A DNA stretch of 64,000 nucleotides. Source: Candidatus Latescibacterota bacterium. GTDB lineage: Bacteria; Latescibacterota; UBA2968; UBA8231. Below are positions 1-12,928 of the stretch, in pieces; the stretch's first letter is position 1; each line of letters starts with the position of its first letter. Location: positions 32,001 to 96,000 of the forward strand of contig CBDBIJ010000015.1 of the NCBI GenBank assembly GCA_965205655.1. The letters are read 5' to 3'. The position numbers were made by a program, and so were the translations under genes. The notes beneath the pieces are model-generated. The model ran no database searches, had not been told where the DNA came from, and was given only the letters and a program-made list of their open reading frames with translations.

Positions 1-143
1 TCCATGCACCGAGCCCCCTGCTCGGCGAGCTTCTCCAGGGGGTGCTGCAGATGAAACTCCTGCCAATCCCTAACTCGCCCCTCGGGAGGCCGGTCCGCCG
101 GCAATTCCCGCTCGTACTCCATAAAGCCGGTAGGCTTGCCCAT
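1..143 (-). CDS. gltD: Glutamate synthase small subunit, N-terminal part (runs off the window)
   Basis: Manual translation from ATG at 143 gives MGKPTGFMEYERELPADRPPEGRVRDWQEFH...QGARCM, the typical GltD N-terminus. It starts 2 nt after the gltB stop. Confidence 0.93.
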   Translation of the reverse strand, partial: MGKPTGFMEYERELPADRPPEGRVRDWQEFHLQHPLEKLAEQGARCM

Positions 144-145
144 TT

Positions 146-3100
146 CTAGTTTCCGCTCACTCGCGCCAGATCTGCCTTGTTTGCCTCGAACGCTTCCATC
201 GCCGCGTCGTCCCCACTCAGCCCGGCCTCTCTCGCCCGCTCCAGTGCCAACAGCACCCTCTCGTAGTCCGTCGGCATCACCTTCAGGAACTTGCCTGCCG
301 TCTCGTCCCAGCTGTCGAGAGCTGCGGCCGCTACATCCGATCCAGTGTACTCGCGATGTCGCTCGACCATCCCCTTCACCTCTGCCGATTCATCATCGTC
401 GTCGAGTCGCTGCAACTTGCACATCTGCTGGTTGCAGTGATTGGCAAACTCGCCGCTCTCGTCGAGCACGTAGGCGATGCCACCCGACATACCGGCGCCG
501 AAATTGCGGCCCGTCGGACCGAGGACAACGACGCGCCCGCCGGTCATGTACTCGCAGCCGTGGTCGCCTACCGCTTCGATGACGGCGTCAACGCCGCTGT
601 TGCGCACGCAGAACCGCTCGCCGGCCATGCCGCGGATGTAGGCTTCGCCATTGGTGGCGCCGTAGAAGGAAACGTTGCCGACGATTATCTCGTCCCGGGG
701 CACGAACGTCGACGAGCGCGGCGGGTACAGGATGAGCTTCCCCCCCGACAGCCCCTTGCCGAAGTAATCATTCGCATCGCCTTCAAGCTCGAGCGTCATT
801 CCCGGCGGCACGAAGGCACCGAAGCTCTGGCCGGCCGATCCGGTGAACTTGATGTGAATGGTATCGGCCAGCAGGCCGTCTGGCCCGTGTCGCTTGGTGA
901 TCTCGCCTCCGGTAATGGCGCCCACGACGCGGTTCGTGTTCGAGATTTGCAGCTGCGCCCTCACTTTTTCGCCCTTTTCGATCGCCGGCTTGCACAGCCC
1001 GAGGAGGGTCTCCATATCGAGGGAGCGCTCGAGACCGTGGTCTTGGGGAATCTGACAATAGCGTCCGATCTCCGCTCCCACCTCGGGCCGGTGCAGGATC
1101 TTCGAGAAGTCCAGGCCCTTCGCCTTCCAGTGGTCGGTCTTTCGCGTCCGCAGTATGTCGGTGCGGCCCACCATTTCGTTCACTGTGCGGAGACCGAGAG
1201 CGGCCATGATCTCGCGCAGATCGCGGGCGATGAAGCGCAGGAAGTTCACCACGTGTTCGGGCTTGCCGGCGAATTTCTCCCGCAGCTTCGGATTCTGTGA
1301 TGCCACGCCGACCGGACAGGTGTCCAGATGGCACACCCGCATCATGATGCAGCCCATCGCCACGAGCGCCGTCGTCGCGAAACCGAACTCTTCGGCGCCG
1401 AGCAGTGCGGCGATGGCCACGTCCCGCCCGGTCTTGAGCTGGCCGTCCGTTTCCACCACGATGCGGCTGCGCAGGTTGTTGAGCACGAGTGTCTGATGAG
1501 TGTCGGCCAGGCCCAGCTCCCACGGCAAACCCGCGTGTTTGATGCTCGTCTGTGGTGAGGCGCCGGTGCCGCCGTCGTGGCCGCTGATCAACACGACATC
1601 GGCGTGACCCTTGGCAACGCCAGCCGCGATTGTGCCAACGCCGACCTCGGAGACGAGCTTGACATTGATGCGCGCATCCTTGTTCGAATTCTTGAGGTCG
1701 TGGATGAGCTCGGCCAGATCCTCGATAGAGTAGATGTCGTGATGCGGTGGCGGTGAGATGAGGCCGACGCCTGGCGTCGATTTCCGGACTTTGGCGATCC
1801 AGGGGTAGACCTTCGACCCGGGCAGCTCTCCGCCCTCGCCAGGCTTGGCACCCTGGGCCATCTTGATCTGCAGTTCCCTGGCGTTGACGAGATAGTGGCT
1901 CGTCACTCCGAAGCGACCTGAGGCCACCTGCTTGATGGCGCTGTTGCGCGAGTCTCCGTTCGCATCCAGAACGTAGCGCGCCGGGTCCTCACCACCCTCG
2001 CCTGTGTTACTCTTGCCGCCCATGCGGTTCATGGCGACGGCGAGGCCTTCGTGCGCCTCCTTGCTGATCGAGCCGTATGACATGGCACCGCTTTTGAACC
2101 GCTTCGTGATTTCTTCAACGGATTCGACCTCGTCGATGGGAACCGTACTCCCTTCGGGGAAATCGAACTCGAGCATTCCGCGCAGAGTCGCCATCCGCAC
2201 CGACTGGTCGTCGATCAGCCCGGCATACTCCTTGTAGACTTCGTAGTCGTCGTTCCTGGCCGCCTTTTGCAGCAGGTGCACGGTCTTCGGGTTGAACAGG
2301 TGATACTCGCCGTCGCGGCGCCATTGGTAATCGCCCCCGACCTGAAGCGTGCGGCTATCGCTCTCGATCTCCGGATAGGCTTCTCGATGACGCATCTGGG
2401 CTTCAGTGGCGATGACGTCGAGACCAACGCCTTCGACCCGTGAGTCCGTCCAGGTGAAGTACCTGTCGATTACCTCCTGTTTGATTCCCACCGCTTCGAA
2501 AATCTGCGCGCCACGGTAGGATTTGAAGGTGGAGATGCCCATCTTCGACATCACCTTCACGATCCCCTTCACCACTGCCTTGTTGTAGTTGTCGCCGGCT
2601 TCCTCGAATCCCAGTTCCCCCAGCATCCCCTCGCGGATCATGTCCTCGAGAGACTCGTACACCATGTACGGGTTGATGGCGTTGGCGCCGTATCCCAGCA
2701 GCAGGCAGAAATGATGGACCTCTCGTGGCTCGCCCGACTCCACGACGAGGCCGGCTCTCGTTCGCGAGCCCCGACGGATGAGGTGGTGATGTAATCCCGA
2801 CGTGGCCAGCAGCGCCGGAATGGGCGCCCACTCATCGTCGAAATCTCTGTCGGACAACACGAGAATGGTCGCCCCGCTCTCGATGGCCGCGTCAGCGGCG
2901 GCGAAGAGCTCCTCCAGGGCCCACACTAGTCCCTTCTCTCCTTCGGACACCTCGAACAACATCGGCAGCACATCCGCCCTCAGCCCTGGACGGTCGACGC
3001 TTTTCAGCTTTTCCAGCTCCGCATCTTTCAGGATCGGCACGTTCAAGCGGAGCTGGCGACAGCTCTCCTGCTTTGGCTCCAGCAGGTTCTGCTCCGAGCC

Positions 3101-4756
3101 GAGCGTCGTCTCCGTCGCGGTGACGAGCTCTTCGCGGATTGGATCGATCGGTGGGTTTGTCACTTGGGCGAAGAGCTGTTTGAAGTAGCTGTAGAGCGGC
3201 TGGGGTCGATCGGATAGGGCGGCCAGGGCAGCGTCGTTACCCATCGATCCGGTTGGCCAGATGCCGTTTTTGGCCATCGGTGTAAAATTTACCCGCAGAT
3301 CTTCGAAGGTGAAGCCGAACACCTGTTGCCGCCGCAGAACCTCCCAGTGGTCTCGCACCACCTTCTCGTGGGCGACGTCGGGCAGATCCTCGAAGTCGAT
3401 GAGATGTTCATCCAGCCACTGCCGATAGGGGTGCTCGGTGGCGATCTGATGCTTGAGCTCCTCGTCGGCGATGATGCGGCCTTGAGATGTGTCCACCAGA
3501 AACATCCGTCCGGGCTGCAGGCGTCCTTTGTGGAGCACCTGTTCCGGAGGCACATCGAGAACACCCACTTCCGACCCCATGATGACGCGGTCGTCTTTCG
3601 TGATGTAATAGCGCGACGGCCGCAGGCCGTTCCTGTCCAACACGGCGCCGACGACCGACCCGTCGGTAAAGGCGATTGAAGCCGGCCCGTCCCACGGTTC
3701 CATGAGGCAGCTGTGATATTCGTAGAACGCCTTCTTCTCGTCTGGCATGCTCTCATGCTTCTCCCACGGCTCCGGGATCATCATCGTGACCGCGTGCGCC
3801 AGGGAGCGGCCCGAGAGGTGCAGGAACTCGAGGGCGTTGTCGAATTTGGCCGAGTCGCTGCCGTCCTCCTCGATGATCGGAAAGAGCCTGGGCAAGTCAT
3901 CGCCGAAAAGGTCGGACTGGAACATCGACTGGCGGGTGTACATCCAGTTTTCGTTGCCCCGCAACGTGTTGATTTCGCCGTTGTGGATGAGGTAGCGATA
4001 TGGGTGCGCCCGCTCCCAGCTCGGGAAGGTGTTCGTGCTGAATCTGGAGTGGACGAGCGCTATGGCCACTTCCAGGCGCGGATCGGACAGGTCGGTGAAA
4101 TACGGCTCCTCCTGGGCCGGAGTGAGCATGCCCTTGTACACGATCGTGCGGTGCGAGAGGCTGGCGACGTAGAAATACTCGTTCCCTTCGCCCCTAGCAC
4201 CGCGATGCCGGATGCCGTGACTCGCCCGCTTGCCGATCGTGTACAGCGTGCGCTCGAAGGCCAGGTCATCGGTGATAGTGGGAGAACGCTCTATGAAGAT
4301 CTGGCGAATGACCGGCTCGCACGATCTGGCAGTGTCGCCGAGGTCGGCCTCGCCTGTTGGTACCGTGCGCCAGGTGACGAGGCCCTGTCCCTCCTCATCG
4401 ACGATCTCCTCGAGCCGCTGCTCGCACGCTCTGCGTTGATGCTCGTCCGGAGGCAGAAAGACCATGCCCACGCCGTAGCGGCCCGGCCCGGGAAGGGCCA
4501 GATCCTGCTCCTCCTTCAGGACTGCCGCGAAAAAGCGATGCGGCACCTGGATGAGGACGCCGGCACCATCACCGGTGTTCGCCTCGCATCCGCGGGCGCC
4601 GCGATGATCGAGGTTGCACAGCATCGTCAGCGCATCGCGCAGGATGGCGTGGGACTTGACCCCCTTGATGTTGGCCACGAAGCCGATGCCACAGGCGTCG
4701 TGTTCATTCTTGGGATCGTACAGCCCCTGCTTCTGCGGGTAGCCGCGATAGTTCAT
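146..4756 (-). CDS. gltB: Glutamate synthase large subunit
   Basis: 1536 aa. EHDACGIGF (Ntn Cys), [48 protein letters not shown] (3Fe-4S) and a C-terminal GXGXG domain. Confidence 0.99.
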   Translation of the reverse strand: MNYRGYPQKQGLYDPKNEHDACGIGFVANIKGVKSHAILRDALTMLCNLDHRGARGCEANTGDGAGVLIQVPHRFFAAVLKEEQDLALPGPGRYGVGMVFLPPDEHQRRACEQRLEEIVDEEGQGLVTWRTVPTGEADLGDTARSCEPVIRQIFIERSPTITDDLAFERTLYTIGKRASHGIRHRGARGEGNEYFYVASLSHRTIVYKGMLTPAQEEPYFTDLSDPRLEVAIALVHSRFSTNTFPSWERAHPYRYLIHNGEINTLRGNENWMYTRQSMFQSDLFGDDLPRLFPIIEEDGSDSAKFDNALEFLHLSGRSLAHAVTMMIPEPWEKHESMPDEKKAFYEYHSCLMEPWDGPASIAFTDGSVVGAVLDRNGLRPSRYYITKDDRVIMGSEVGVLDVPPEQVLHKGRLQPGRMFLVDTSQGRIIADEELKHQIATEHPYRQWLDEHLIDFEDLPDVAHEKVVRDHWEVLRRQQVFGFTFEDLRVNFTPMAKNGIWPTGSMGNDAALAALSDRPQPLYSYFKQLFAQVTNPPIDPIREELVTATETTLGSEQNLLEPKQESCRQLRLNVPILKDAELEKLKSVDRPGLRADVLPMLFEVSEGEKGLVWALEELFAAADAAIESGATILVLSDRDFDDEWAPIPALLATSGLHHHLIRRGSRTRAGLVVESGEPREVHHFCLLLGYGANAINPYMVYESLEDMIREGMLGELGFEEAGDNYNKAVVKGIVKVMSKMGISTFKSYRGAQIFEAVGIKQEVIDRYFTWTDSRVEGVGLDVIATEAQMRHREAYPEIESDSRTLQVGGDYQWRRDGEYHLFNPKTVHLLQKAARNDDYEVYKEYAGLIDDQSVRMATLRGMLEFDFPEGSTVPIDEVESVEEITKRFKSGAMSYGSISKEAHEGLAVAMNRMGGKSNTGEGGEDPARYVLDANGDSRNSAIKQVASGRFGVTSHYLVNARELQIKMAQGAKPGEGGELPGSKVYPWIAKVRKSTPGVGLISPPPHHDIYSIEDLAELIHDLKNSNKDARINVKLVSEVGVGTIAAGVAKGHADVVLISGHDGGTGASPQTSIKHAGLPWELGLADTHQTLVLNNLRSRIVVETDGQLKTGRDVAIAALLGAEEFGFATTALVAMGCIMMRVCHLDTCPVGVASQNPKLREKFAGKPEHVVNFLRFIARDLREIMAALGLRTVNEMVGRTDILRTRKTDHWKAKGLDFSKILHRPEVGAEIGRYCQIPQDHGLERSLDMETLLGLCKPAIEKGEKVRAQLQISNTNRVVGAITGGEITKRHGPDGLLADTIHIKFTGSAGQSFGAFVPPGMTLELEGDANDYFGKGLSGGKLILYPPRSSTFVPRDEIIVGNVSFYGATNGEAYIRGMAGERFCVRNSGVDAVIEAVGDHGCEYMTGGRVVVLGPTGRNFGAGMSGGIAYVLDESGEFANHCNQQMCKLQRLDDDDESAEVKGMVERHREYTGSDVAAAALDSWDETAGKFLKVMPTDYERVLLALERAREAGLSGDDAAMEAFEANKADLARVSGN

Positions 4757-4845
4757 GACTAGGCTGAGGCGGTGGAATTCGTCATCCGGCCTGGGTAGAG
4801 CTCCGAGCTTCCAGGACGGAATTTGTAGGGGGAAATTGAGCGATC

Positions 4846-4874
4846 AATATACACAGTGCCCGCTACGGTGTCAA
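4846..4874 (-). promoter_or_regulatory. Sigma70-type promoter of gltBD
   Basis: Minus strand TTGACA (4874-4869), 17-nt spacer, TATATT (4851-4846), about 90 nt upstream of the gltB ATG. Confidence 0.75.
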
Positions 4875-4981
4875 TCAAGATTGATCACGAAGTGGAGTCA
4901 AAATTTCCAATTCATGCTTGTTATTACCTCAGTTATGGCGTAAATTATCACTTCTGCCGATACAAATGGAGAATTCAGGAC

Positions 4982-5557
4982 ATGCCAGATTTGGACGATC
5001 AGGAGCGGCGCATCGTTCGCGCCTTGATTCGCAACCCACGCTACTCGGATAACAGGATCAGCACCCTGACGGGTATCCCCTCCCGCACCGTGAGCCGCAA
5101 GCGGGCTCGCCTCGAGAAAAATGAAGTACTGAGGTACTACACCGCCATGGACATGCAGGGCAATGGCACCTCGAGGTTCAACACCCAGCATATGATCACC
5201 ATCAAGTTCGAGCTCGGCGTCACCCGTGGTCAGATCGTCGAGGAGATCGGCAGCGAGCCCAATGTTGCCAACGTCTTCAGCGAACTCATTCGCGACAGTT
5301 TCATAGCCGAAACCGACGGCCATGTCGCGCTCGTCCTCATCATGGAAGGCGAATCCGACAGCGACGTAGCCGACAACCTCCACGGCAAGATCATTCCCTC
5401 GCTCAAAAAGAACCACGGCGACGGGTCTGTCATCGAGCTGCGCACGGTGAGATTGCTCGGCACCATCCGGCGCGAGCACAACTATCTGCCGATGGTCAAT
5501 ATGGCAGACGCCGTCCTGCGGGCGGATTGGCCGGACGAGGCGATCTTCGTTGGATGA
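4982..5557 (+). CDS. Lrp/AsnC-family transcriptional regulator
   Basis: MPDLDDQERRIVRALIRNPRYSDNRISTLTGIPSRTVSRKRARLE is an AsnC-type HTH. ATG at 4982 is preceded by GGAG. Divergent from gltB. Confidence 0.8.
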   Translation: MPDLDDQERRIVRALIRNPRYSDNRISTLTGIPSRTVSRKRARLEKNEVLRYYTAMDMQGNGTSRFNTQHMITIKFELGVTRGQIVEEIGSEPNVANVFSELIRDSFIAETDGHVALVLIMEGESDSDVADNLHGKIIPSLKKNHGDGSVIELRTVRLLGTIRREHNYLPMVNMADAVLRADWPDEAIFVG

Positions 5558-5584
5558 AGCAGACCCTGCGGTCTGTTCGAAAGG

Positions 5585-6062
5585 CTACTTCGCCTCGGCG
5601 AAGCGGATCTTTAATGTCACCTGCAGATCCCGGAACAGGGCGTGGACCTCGCCCTGCTCCTTCTCGTCGGAGTTGAAGCTGGCGAACTCGGATCCAATCG
5701 CTGAAGACGGTTTCGTACTCCGTGGCGAGCGCATCCGATGTCCCGGTGAGGGTGAAGTCGAGGTAGTCGACATCGAGCCGGCCCACGTTGGCGACGAACT
5801 CGATTCTGCCGCTGAGCGTCTCCTCCAGCTCGCCTCTCAAACTCACCAGCCGCACCTGGATCGGCAGCACATCGCCGGGCCGCACCCAGTTTTTCTTAGC
5901 CTTCAGGGTGAGGGCGAAGGCTCCGTCGTCGGTGGAGCGGGTAATGCTCGAGTCGGGGTCCGAACATGCGAACAGCGCCGCCATCGCCCACAGGCACGCG
6001 GCGGATGGCAACCAGCGCTTGCGAGTGCGTCGGCCAGACCGGAAGGTCTGCGACCCCATCAT
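5585..6062 (-). CDS. Putative lipoprotein, with an apparent frameshift near 5690
   Basis: Basic N-terminus, hydrophobic stretch and lipobox-like LFAC-S. After ...FSDWI the coding-like sequence continues in another frame (EFASFNSDEKEQGEVHALFRDLQVTLKIRFAEAK*). The start overlaps the secretin stop. Confidence 0.6.
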
Positions 6063-8478
6063 CTGCGACCTCCCCCGAGCTCCGCCTCGACCTGTCCGAC
6101 TGTTTGATTGAAGATTCTTTCGAATGCCGGATAATACTGGCTGGGTGCGGTTTCGTAGAACAACTGCGCCACGGCCCGGTCGATGAGGTGGTAGCGGCGG
6201 GCCATGTCCTCGCGACTGGGAAAGAGCACCTGCAGCCCCGGCTGGAAAGCCTGTAGCGTCAGCGGCAGCTTGCTGTTGAGCTCGAGGAGCCGTTTGAGAA
6301 TAAGCGTGTGCTGCAAATGCTGGATGTCGCCATCATTCGCCAGCACGATCGTCCACTGCAAGGGACGCTCCTCCTCATCCACCGGATTTACCAGGGACAG
6401 AAAGGCCGCGAACTCCTGATCTCCCGTCGGCACAATCGTGTCCGTGACGACGGCGGATGGATAGGAGAAGGGCCTGCCCTGCCGCGGTTCAGAGTGCGCA
6501 TCGTAAGTCAGCATCACGGCCCGCTCCGGCGCGGCGAGGACGGTTTCGAGCACGTCCGTGAATGATCGGTCTACGAGATTATCGTCCCCAGTGGCCTCGA
6601 AGAAGAATACCTTTTCGAGGTCAATCTCCCTGCCGACATCGAGCTTTGCGACGATATCTCCCAACATCCTCCGCACCAGCACCTCCTCGCCGGGGATGTT
6701 GCCCTCGAGCAGTGTCTGGAATGGCTCCTTGCGCTGCAGCATGACATCCTCTGAAGCCCGGCGCTGCACGTTGCTGAGCACGTGGCTCTCCTGGATGAAC
6801 CTGAGGTCCCACACGTCGTCGTCCCTCACCCGGTAGGCATTGCGGAAGAGGGTGTAGTCGAAGCGGTCGAAAATGTCGGAATCTTTGGGAATGAGATAGC
6901 TGAAGCTGCGGGCATCGCGCGGCACGATGTGCGGCGTGATGACGACGATGACTTCGCGGCGCACGATCTCAACGTGATGACGCGAAAACAGCAGGCCGAG
7001 GTATGGAATGCTCGACAGGCCAGGCAACCCCTTCCGCGATTTCTGCTCGTTCGTCGACAGCAGGCCGCCGATGATGAACGGCGTACCGTCCGCGACTCGG
7101 ACGTAGCTCTCCACGAGTCGGTTGTCGACGATGGGCGCCACTTCGACAGACGCGACGGTCGCCTCCGATTCAGTGGCGATGGAGCTGATGATCGTCTCGA
7201 TCTGCATCGTCACCTCCGACCGCTTCCGGTCGATGCGGGGCCGCAGATTGAGAACGATGCCGACGGGAAAATACTCAATCCCCTTGATCTGGTTCGTCGA
7301 CGAGGTGGAGACCGCGGTCGTGCGCGTAAACGGAATCTGTCGCCCCACTGGATGCGCGCCTGTCGGTCGTTGAGCACGAGCACCGAGGGGCTCGACAGGA
7401 CCTCCGCATCCCCCCTCTCGGTCAGCGCTTCCAGGGTGGCGTTAAAGTTGGTGAAATTCGTGAAGGCGTCTCTGGAAAAGATGAATGTGCCCAGGCTCTT
7501 GCCGCCGGTGGTCCGTTGGAACGAGCCGCTGGCGTGCTTCTTCGATGCAGAGAAATCGACTCCCAGGTCCTGGAGGTTCGTCGTATTGATCTCGATGACG
7601 AGCGCCTCGATGACGATCTGCTGCGCGGCTACGTCGATCTGACTTTGCAACAGATTGACGAGCTCTTCCAGCTTTTCCGGTTCGTTGCGGTCGTAGACCA
7701 GCAGCAGGCGCTCCTCGGGTGCGCCCGCCGTAGTGCTGTGAAGATGTGAGCCACCCAGCATCGGCGCTCCCTCGAGGCTCTTCGAGGCTTTCGATGAGCT
7801 CCTGGCGCTCTTGCGTCCATCGAAGTCCAGCAAGCTCGTCTTTGAAGCGTTCACCACCTTGATGATCTTGGGAAGCTTCTTGCTCTTTCCCTTCACCGAT
7901 TCGAAGATCTGCTGGTCCTTCGACTTCGAAGAAAGCGAAAACTCCACCGTGTTGTAGCCCAGGGCCTTGAGCATCGCCAGGGCGCGGTCCACCTCGATAT
8001 AGCCGAGCTGGAACATCTCGTAGCCGATGTCGGGCGCTTCGGGACCATAGCTGCCGCGTTTCCGTGAGATCCGATCGACATCGTCGACGACCTCGTCGAA
8101 CACGGCGTCACTCGGTCCGTCGACCTGCGGTGCGAACAGGGCGAAGTCGTAGCCGCCTTCGACTCCTTCGATGATGGCGATCTCCATCCAGTCCGAATCT
8201 GCTGCAAATTCTCCGCCTTGATGCACGAATACGCGGGAGTCGACGACTCCGCCTCGATCGCCGAGCTTGGACCGGTTCCGGTCAGGGGCGCGGTCGTACC
8301 CCAGCGGCAGCATGATGCGCACGTCGATGGCGTCCAGGAGCTTTCGTGTCTTGGTGAGCGAGGAATGCGGAGAAGCGACAAAAACGACTCTGCTCTTCCC
8401 GCTGCTGGGGGTTGGGCCGCCAAGCGTTGTGACGAAAAGGGCGATGGTGCAGATACTGAGGTGACGCCGGTGCTTCAC
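6059..8478 (-). CDS. Secretin (GspD/PilQ superfamily) with a long C-terminal extension; single-base frameshift near 7348
   Basis: Signal peptide, then IDVAAQQIVIEALVIEIN...LEALTERGDAEVLSSPSVLVLNDRQARIQ, then in the next ORF VGRQIPF...GIVLNLRPRI...VRVADGTPFIIGGLL...GLPGLSSIPYLGLLF...EVIVVITPHIV. One added G joins the two ORFs into about 806 aa. Confidence 0.88.
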
Positions 8479-8621
8479 GCTCGCTCTCCGTGTGGCCGTA
8501 TCCTATTCGGACCGACCACGGGATTCAAAGAGTGGGCCCTATGCTCTTGAAAGGGCACATGTTACGCTGCCTCACCTGCGCTCTCAAGGAATCCCGTGGC
8601 GCGCGCGCGCGCACTGCGCCC

Positions 8622-9986
8622 CTATTTCACGAAGAACCTGATGACGAACAAGGCCGAAAGAATCCACAGCGCAGGGGTGAGCTCGCGCGCCCGGCCGCTC
8701 ACCGCCCGCAGAAAGGTATAGGCCAGGATACCGGCCACGATCCCCTCCGAGATACTGAAGGCTAGCGGCATCGCGGCGATCGTGAGAAACGCGGGAATGG
8801 AATCGCGAAAGTCGGCGAAGTCGATCCGCGTCACCGGTTCCATCATAAACACGCCGACGATGACGAGGACGGGCGCCGTCGCCGCCGCCGGTACCCAGGC
8901 CACGAGAGGGGCGAAAAACAGAGCGAGAAGGAAGAGCAGCCCGGTCGTGACCGAGGTCAGTCCCGTGCGCCCACCTTCCGCCACTCCGGCGGCACTCTCC
9001 ACGTAGGTCGTCGTCGTGCTCGTGCCGAACACGGCTCCTGCCGTGGTGGCCAGGGCATCGGCGAGTAGGGCGCCGCGAACTTTCGGCAGACGGCCCGCGT
9101 CGTCCAGCAGGCCGGTCTTGCTCGCCACGCCGACGAGTGTTCCCGTCGTGTCGAACAGATCGACGAAGGTGAAGGTCAGGATGACAGTCAGGAGTCCGTA
9201 CGAGGCGACCTCGGCGATGTCGAGGGCGAGAAACGTCTGGCCTAGCCCAGATGGGAGTGCGACGAACTGCCCTAGGAGGGTGCCCTCCGACTCCGCTTCT
9301 ACGGGACCGCCTCCGCTCAGACCGAAGATTGCACCGGCGACGGTGGTGATGACGATGCCCCACAGCAGCGCGCCTCTGACCCTCAAAACGGCCAGCGTCG
9401 AGGTTGCGGCCAGCCCGAACAGAGCCAGAATGACGGTCGCGCTCGAGCTTCCCGGCGGCAGCAGGCCAGACAACTCCGGATCGGTGAAATAGCGCTCGTT
9501 TACCAGGCCGAGGCTACCTGTGGCCGGATTGAAGGCGACTATACCGGCATTCTTGAAGCCGATAAGCGCAATGAAGAAGCCGATTCCGACGCTGATGGCG
9601 TATTTCAGGCTCACCGGGATGGCATTGACGATCGCTTCCCTCGCTTTGGTCAGGGTGAGGAGGAGGAAGATGACGCCGGAGATGAACACTGCCCCCAGTG
9701 CTCCCTGCCACGAGATTCCCATCCCGAGAACGACGGTGTAGACGAAAAAGGCGTTCAGGCCCATTCCCGGCGCGAGCGCGAAAGGGTAGTTCGTCAGAAA
9801 CGCCATCAGGAAGCTGCCGAGAGCGGCGGCCAGACAGGTGGCCACCATGACGCCGTCTCTGGGCATGCCGGCATCCGCGAGAATGAGCGGATTGACGGCG
9901 ATGATGTAGGACATCGTCATGAAGGTGGTCACGCCGGCGCGGACCTCGCGCCGTACCGTCGTGCCGGCCTCGTCGATGTGGAACAT
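8622..9986 (-). CDS. NCS2/AzgA-family purine permease
   Basis: EVRAGVTTFMTMSYIIAVNP, APGMGLNAFF, DLFDTTGTL and YVESAAGVAEGGRTGL motifs; multiple TM helices. Confidence 0.95.
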   Translation of the reverse strand: MFHIDEAGTTVRREVRAGVTTFMTMSYIIAVNPLILADAGMPRDGVMVATCLAAALGSFLMAFLTNYPFALAPGMGLNAFFVYTVVLGMGISWQGALGAVFISGVIFLLLTLTKAREAIVNAIPVSLKYAISVGIGFFIALIGFKNAGIVAFNPATGSLGLVNERYFTDPELSGLLPPGSSSATVILALFGLAATSTLAVLRVRGALLWGIVITTVAGAIFGLSGGGPVEAESEGTLLGQFVALPSGLGQTFLALDIAEVASYGLLTVILTFTFVDLFDTTGTLVGVASKTGLLDDAGRLPKVRGALLADALATTAGAVFGTSTTTTYVESAAGVAEGGRTGLTSVTTGLLFLLALFFAPLVAWVPAAATAPVLVIVGVFMMEPVTRIDFADFRDSIPAFLTIAAMPLAFSISEGIVAGILAYTFLRAVSGRARELTPALWILSALFVIRFFVK

Positions 9987-10006
9987 TCTAAAAACGTGGA
10001 GGGTAC

Positions 10007-11398
<1,392 letters not shown>

Positions 11399-11403
11399 TG
11401 GCC

Positions 11404-12825
11404 CTAGCAGCCCGTGGCTAAAGCCCCGTTTGGGAAGATTTGGGGTGGCCTGAGATTCGTGGTGCGAGTTGCCGCCAATGGCGACGAAAATCGAGCAGTG
11501 CCCGAGAGTTGAACCACGGGCGGCGACAAAGCGCGCCAAGGCGCGAAAACCTGAGTGATGAGAGACGAAATGAGGGAAAACGCCTCCCTCATACCCCTCG
11601 GAGTGCCCGCACCGAAGAGGGTGCGCATGAGGAGGCCGAAATTGCAGCCGCACACGTGAATGACGAGGCGTTTGAGGATGTTTTGTCGGCCCCGAAGAAA
11701 CAGCCGTCGCATACCGCCGGTTTCGAACAGATGAGCATACGGGCGTTCGAGCAGCTCGCCGCACTTACGCCGCAGCGCCTGCCCGCGGTTGCCGCGAATG
11801 CGTCGGCGATTGGCATACACCGCCTGTTGTGCTTCCGCTTTGTCCTTCCAATCTCGACGCCCGCGATCCGGTTCGGAAATGTAGCTGCGAATGGCACTGG
11901 CTTTGAGATCGACCAGCACCTCGTTGCTGTGATACCCCTTGTCGGTGACGACTTCCGACAACGGTTTGGGATGCAGATGCTTCCTGGCCTCGGGATCCTG
12001 CGACACGGCCTCCACGTTCAATTCGGTTCGCACCAGCATCCACGGCAGCGATTCGGTGTCGCCTTCATCGGCACTCGGCAGACTCACGGCGACGATCGCC
12101 TGGGTGTCCATGTCCACCGCCGTCTCCACCTTGTGCGCCAGATGGGTGCGACGATCCTTCGTCTTGGTAATGCGGGCATCCGGATCGTGCGGGTGTTCCC
12201 AGTCCTTATTGGACGCTTTCTTCGGGCGCTTCTTGTCGATTCTGGCCAGATCCTCTCGCGTTGGCGTCTCGATGCCCGAGGCCTTGGCCAACTTCGTGAG
12301 AAACTCCTCGTAACTTTCGCCCGTGTCCCGGCGCACGATGCTGCGCATGGCGGCGTTGGCATCCAGCGTCGTGGCGTCGACGCCCAGCGTCTTCCCCTTC
12401 AGCAGGTTCGATGTGGCCAGCACTTTCAACACCCACTCGAAGACCTCATGATGCGTCTGGAAGTCGATCAGCCGGCGCGTGCGAGACACCGTCGAATGAT
12501 CGGGCGTAGCCTTGTCGAGCTCGTAGCCGAGGAATGCCCGCAACGACAGCGAATCGGCGACGCGCCAGGCGATCTCACGCTCCGAGTCGATGCCCTCGAA
12601 ATAGCCGATCATGAGCAGGCGGAAATAGACCCCGGGCGGGATGCCGGGCCGACCGGCGCCCTCGGCGTAAAACGTCGTGCACCGCTCTTCCACAAACTCG
12701 TCGAATCCGTGCTTGTCCAGCACCTCATTCAATCTCTTGTAAAAAGGATGTCCCGGAGCCCTCAGGTGCTGCGTCGCCACCCACAGCTGAGCTTGGCTCG
12801 CGCGCTTCCGTTTTCCCAACGCCAT
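11404..12825 (-). CDS. IS1182-family DDE transposase
   Basis: GRPGIPP...LLMIGYFEGIDSER...PDHSTVSRTR (DUF772-like N-terminus), GVDATTL and TDKGY DDE residues. Confidence 0.9.
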   Translation of the reverse strand: MALGKRKRASQAQLWVATQHLRAPGHPFYKRLNEVLDKHGFDEFVEERCTTFYAEGAGRPGIPPGVYFRLLMIGYFEGIDSEREIAWRVADSLSLRAFLGYELDKATPDHSTVSRTRRLIDFQTHHEVFEWVLKVLATSNLLKGKTLGVDATTLDANAAMRSIVRRDTGESYEEFLTKLAKASGIETPTREDLARIDKKRPKKASNKDWEHPHDPDARITKTKDRRTHLAHKVETAVDMDTQAIVAVSLPSADEGDTESLPWMLVRTELNVEAVSQDPEARKHLHPKPLSEVVTDKGYHSNEVLVDLKASAIRSYISEPDRGRRDWKDKAEAQQAVYANRRRIRGNRGQALRRKCGELLERPYAHLFETGGMRRLFLRGRQNILKRLVIHVCGCNFGLLMRTLFGAGTPRGMREAFSLISSLITQVFAPWRALSPPVVQLSGTARFSSPLAATRTTNLRPPQIFPNGALATGC

Positions 12826-12920
12826 GACAGCATCTCCCCTGCAAGGTTGATGCTCAAAGGTAAGGAGAGGCTCCTCATCCGCGCCGCAAGAAAATCACCG
12901 ACTTTCACCACAGGCTGCTA
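11405..12920 (-). mobile_element. IS1182-like (IS5-related) insertion sequence
   Basis: Terminal IRs TAGCAGCCCGTGGCTAAAG / TAGCAGCCTGTGGTGAAAG (16/19). Flanked by a GCCC direct repeat at 11401-11404 and 12921-12924; an alternative reading is a CTAG TSD with 3-bp-shorter ends. Confidence 0.88.
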
Positions 12921-12928
12921 GCCCCTAG

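Noticed and set aside
356..4762. Long plus-strand ORFs opposite gltB, and similar ones opposite the transposase (11440-12921), gltA (16560-17843), floA, nfeD and gfo/hydrolase (56949-58655)
   Set aside because: Antisense shadow ORFs typical of high-GC codon bias; they carry no motifs and overlap well-supported genes.
7340..7355. Programmed frameshift or phase variation at the secretin and other breaks
   Set aside because: No slippery heptamer or long homopolymer/SSR tract at the junctions; the runs are only 2-4 nt.
8598..8612. (GC)n dinucleotide run after the permease
   Set aside because: Short and expected by chance at this GC content.
11399..11764. Apparent 122-aa N-terminal extension of PntB
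   Set aside because: It is an open frame within the IS. The homologous PntB start is at 11398.
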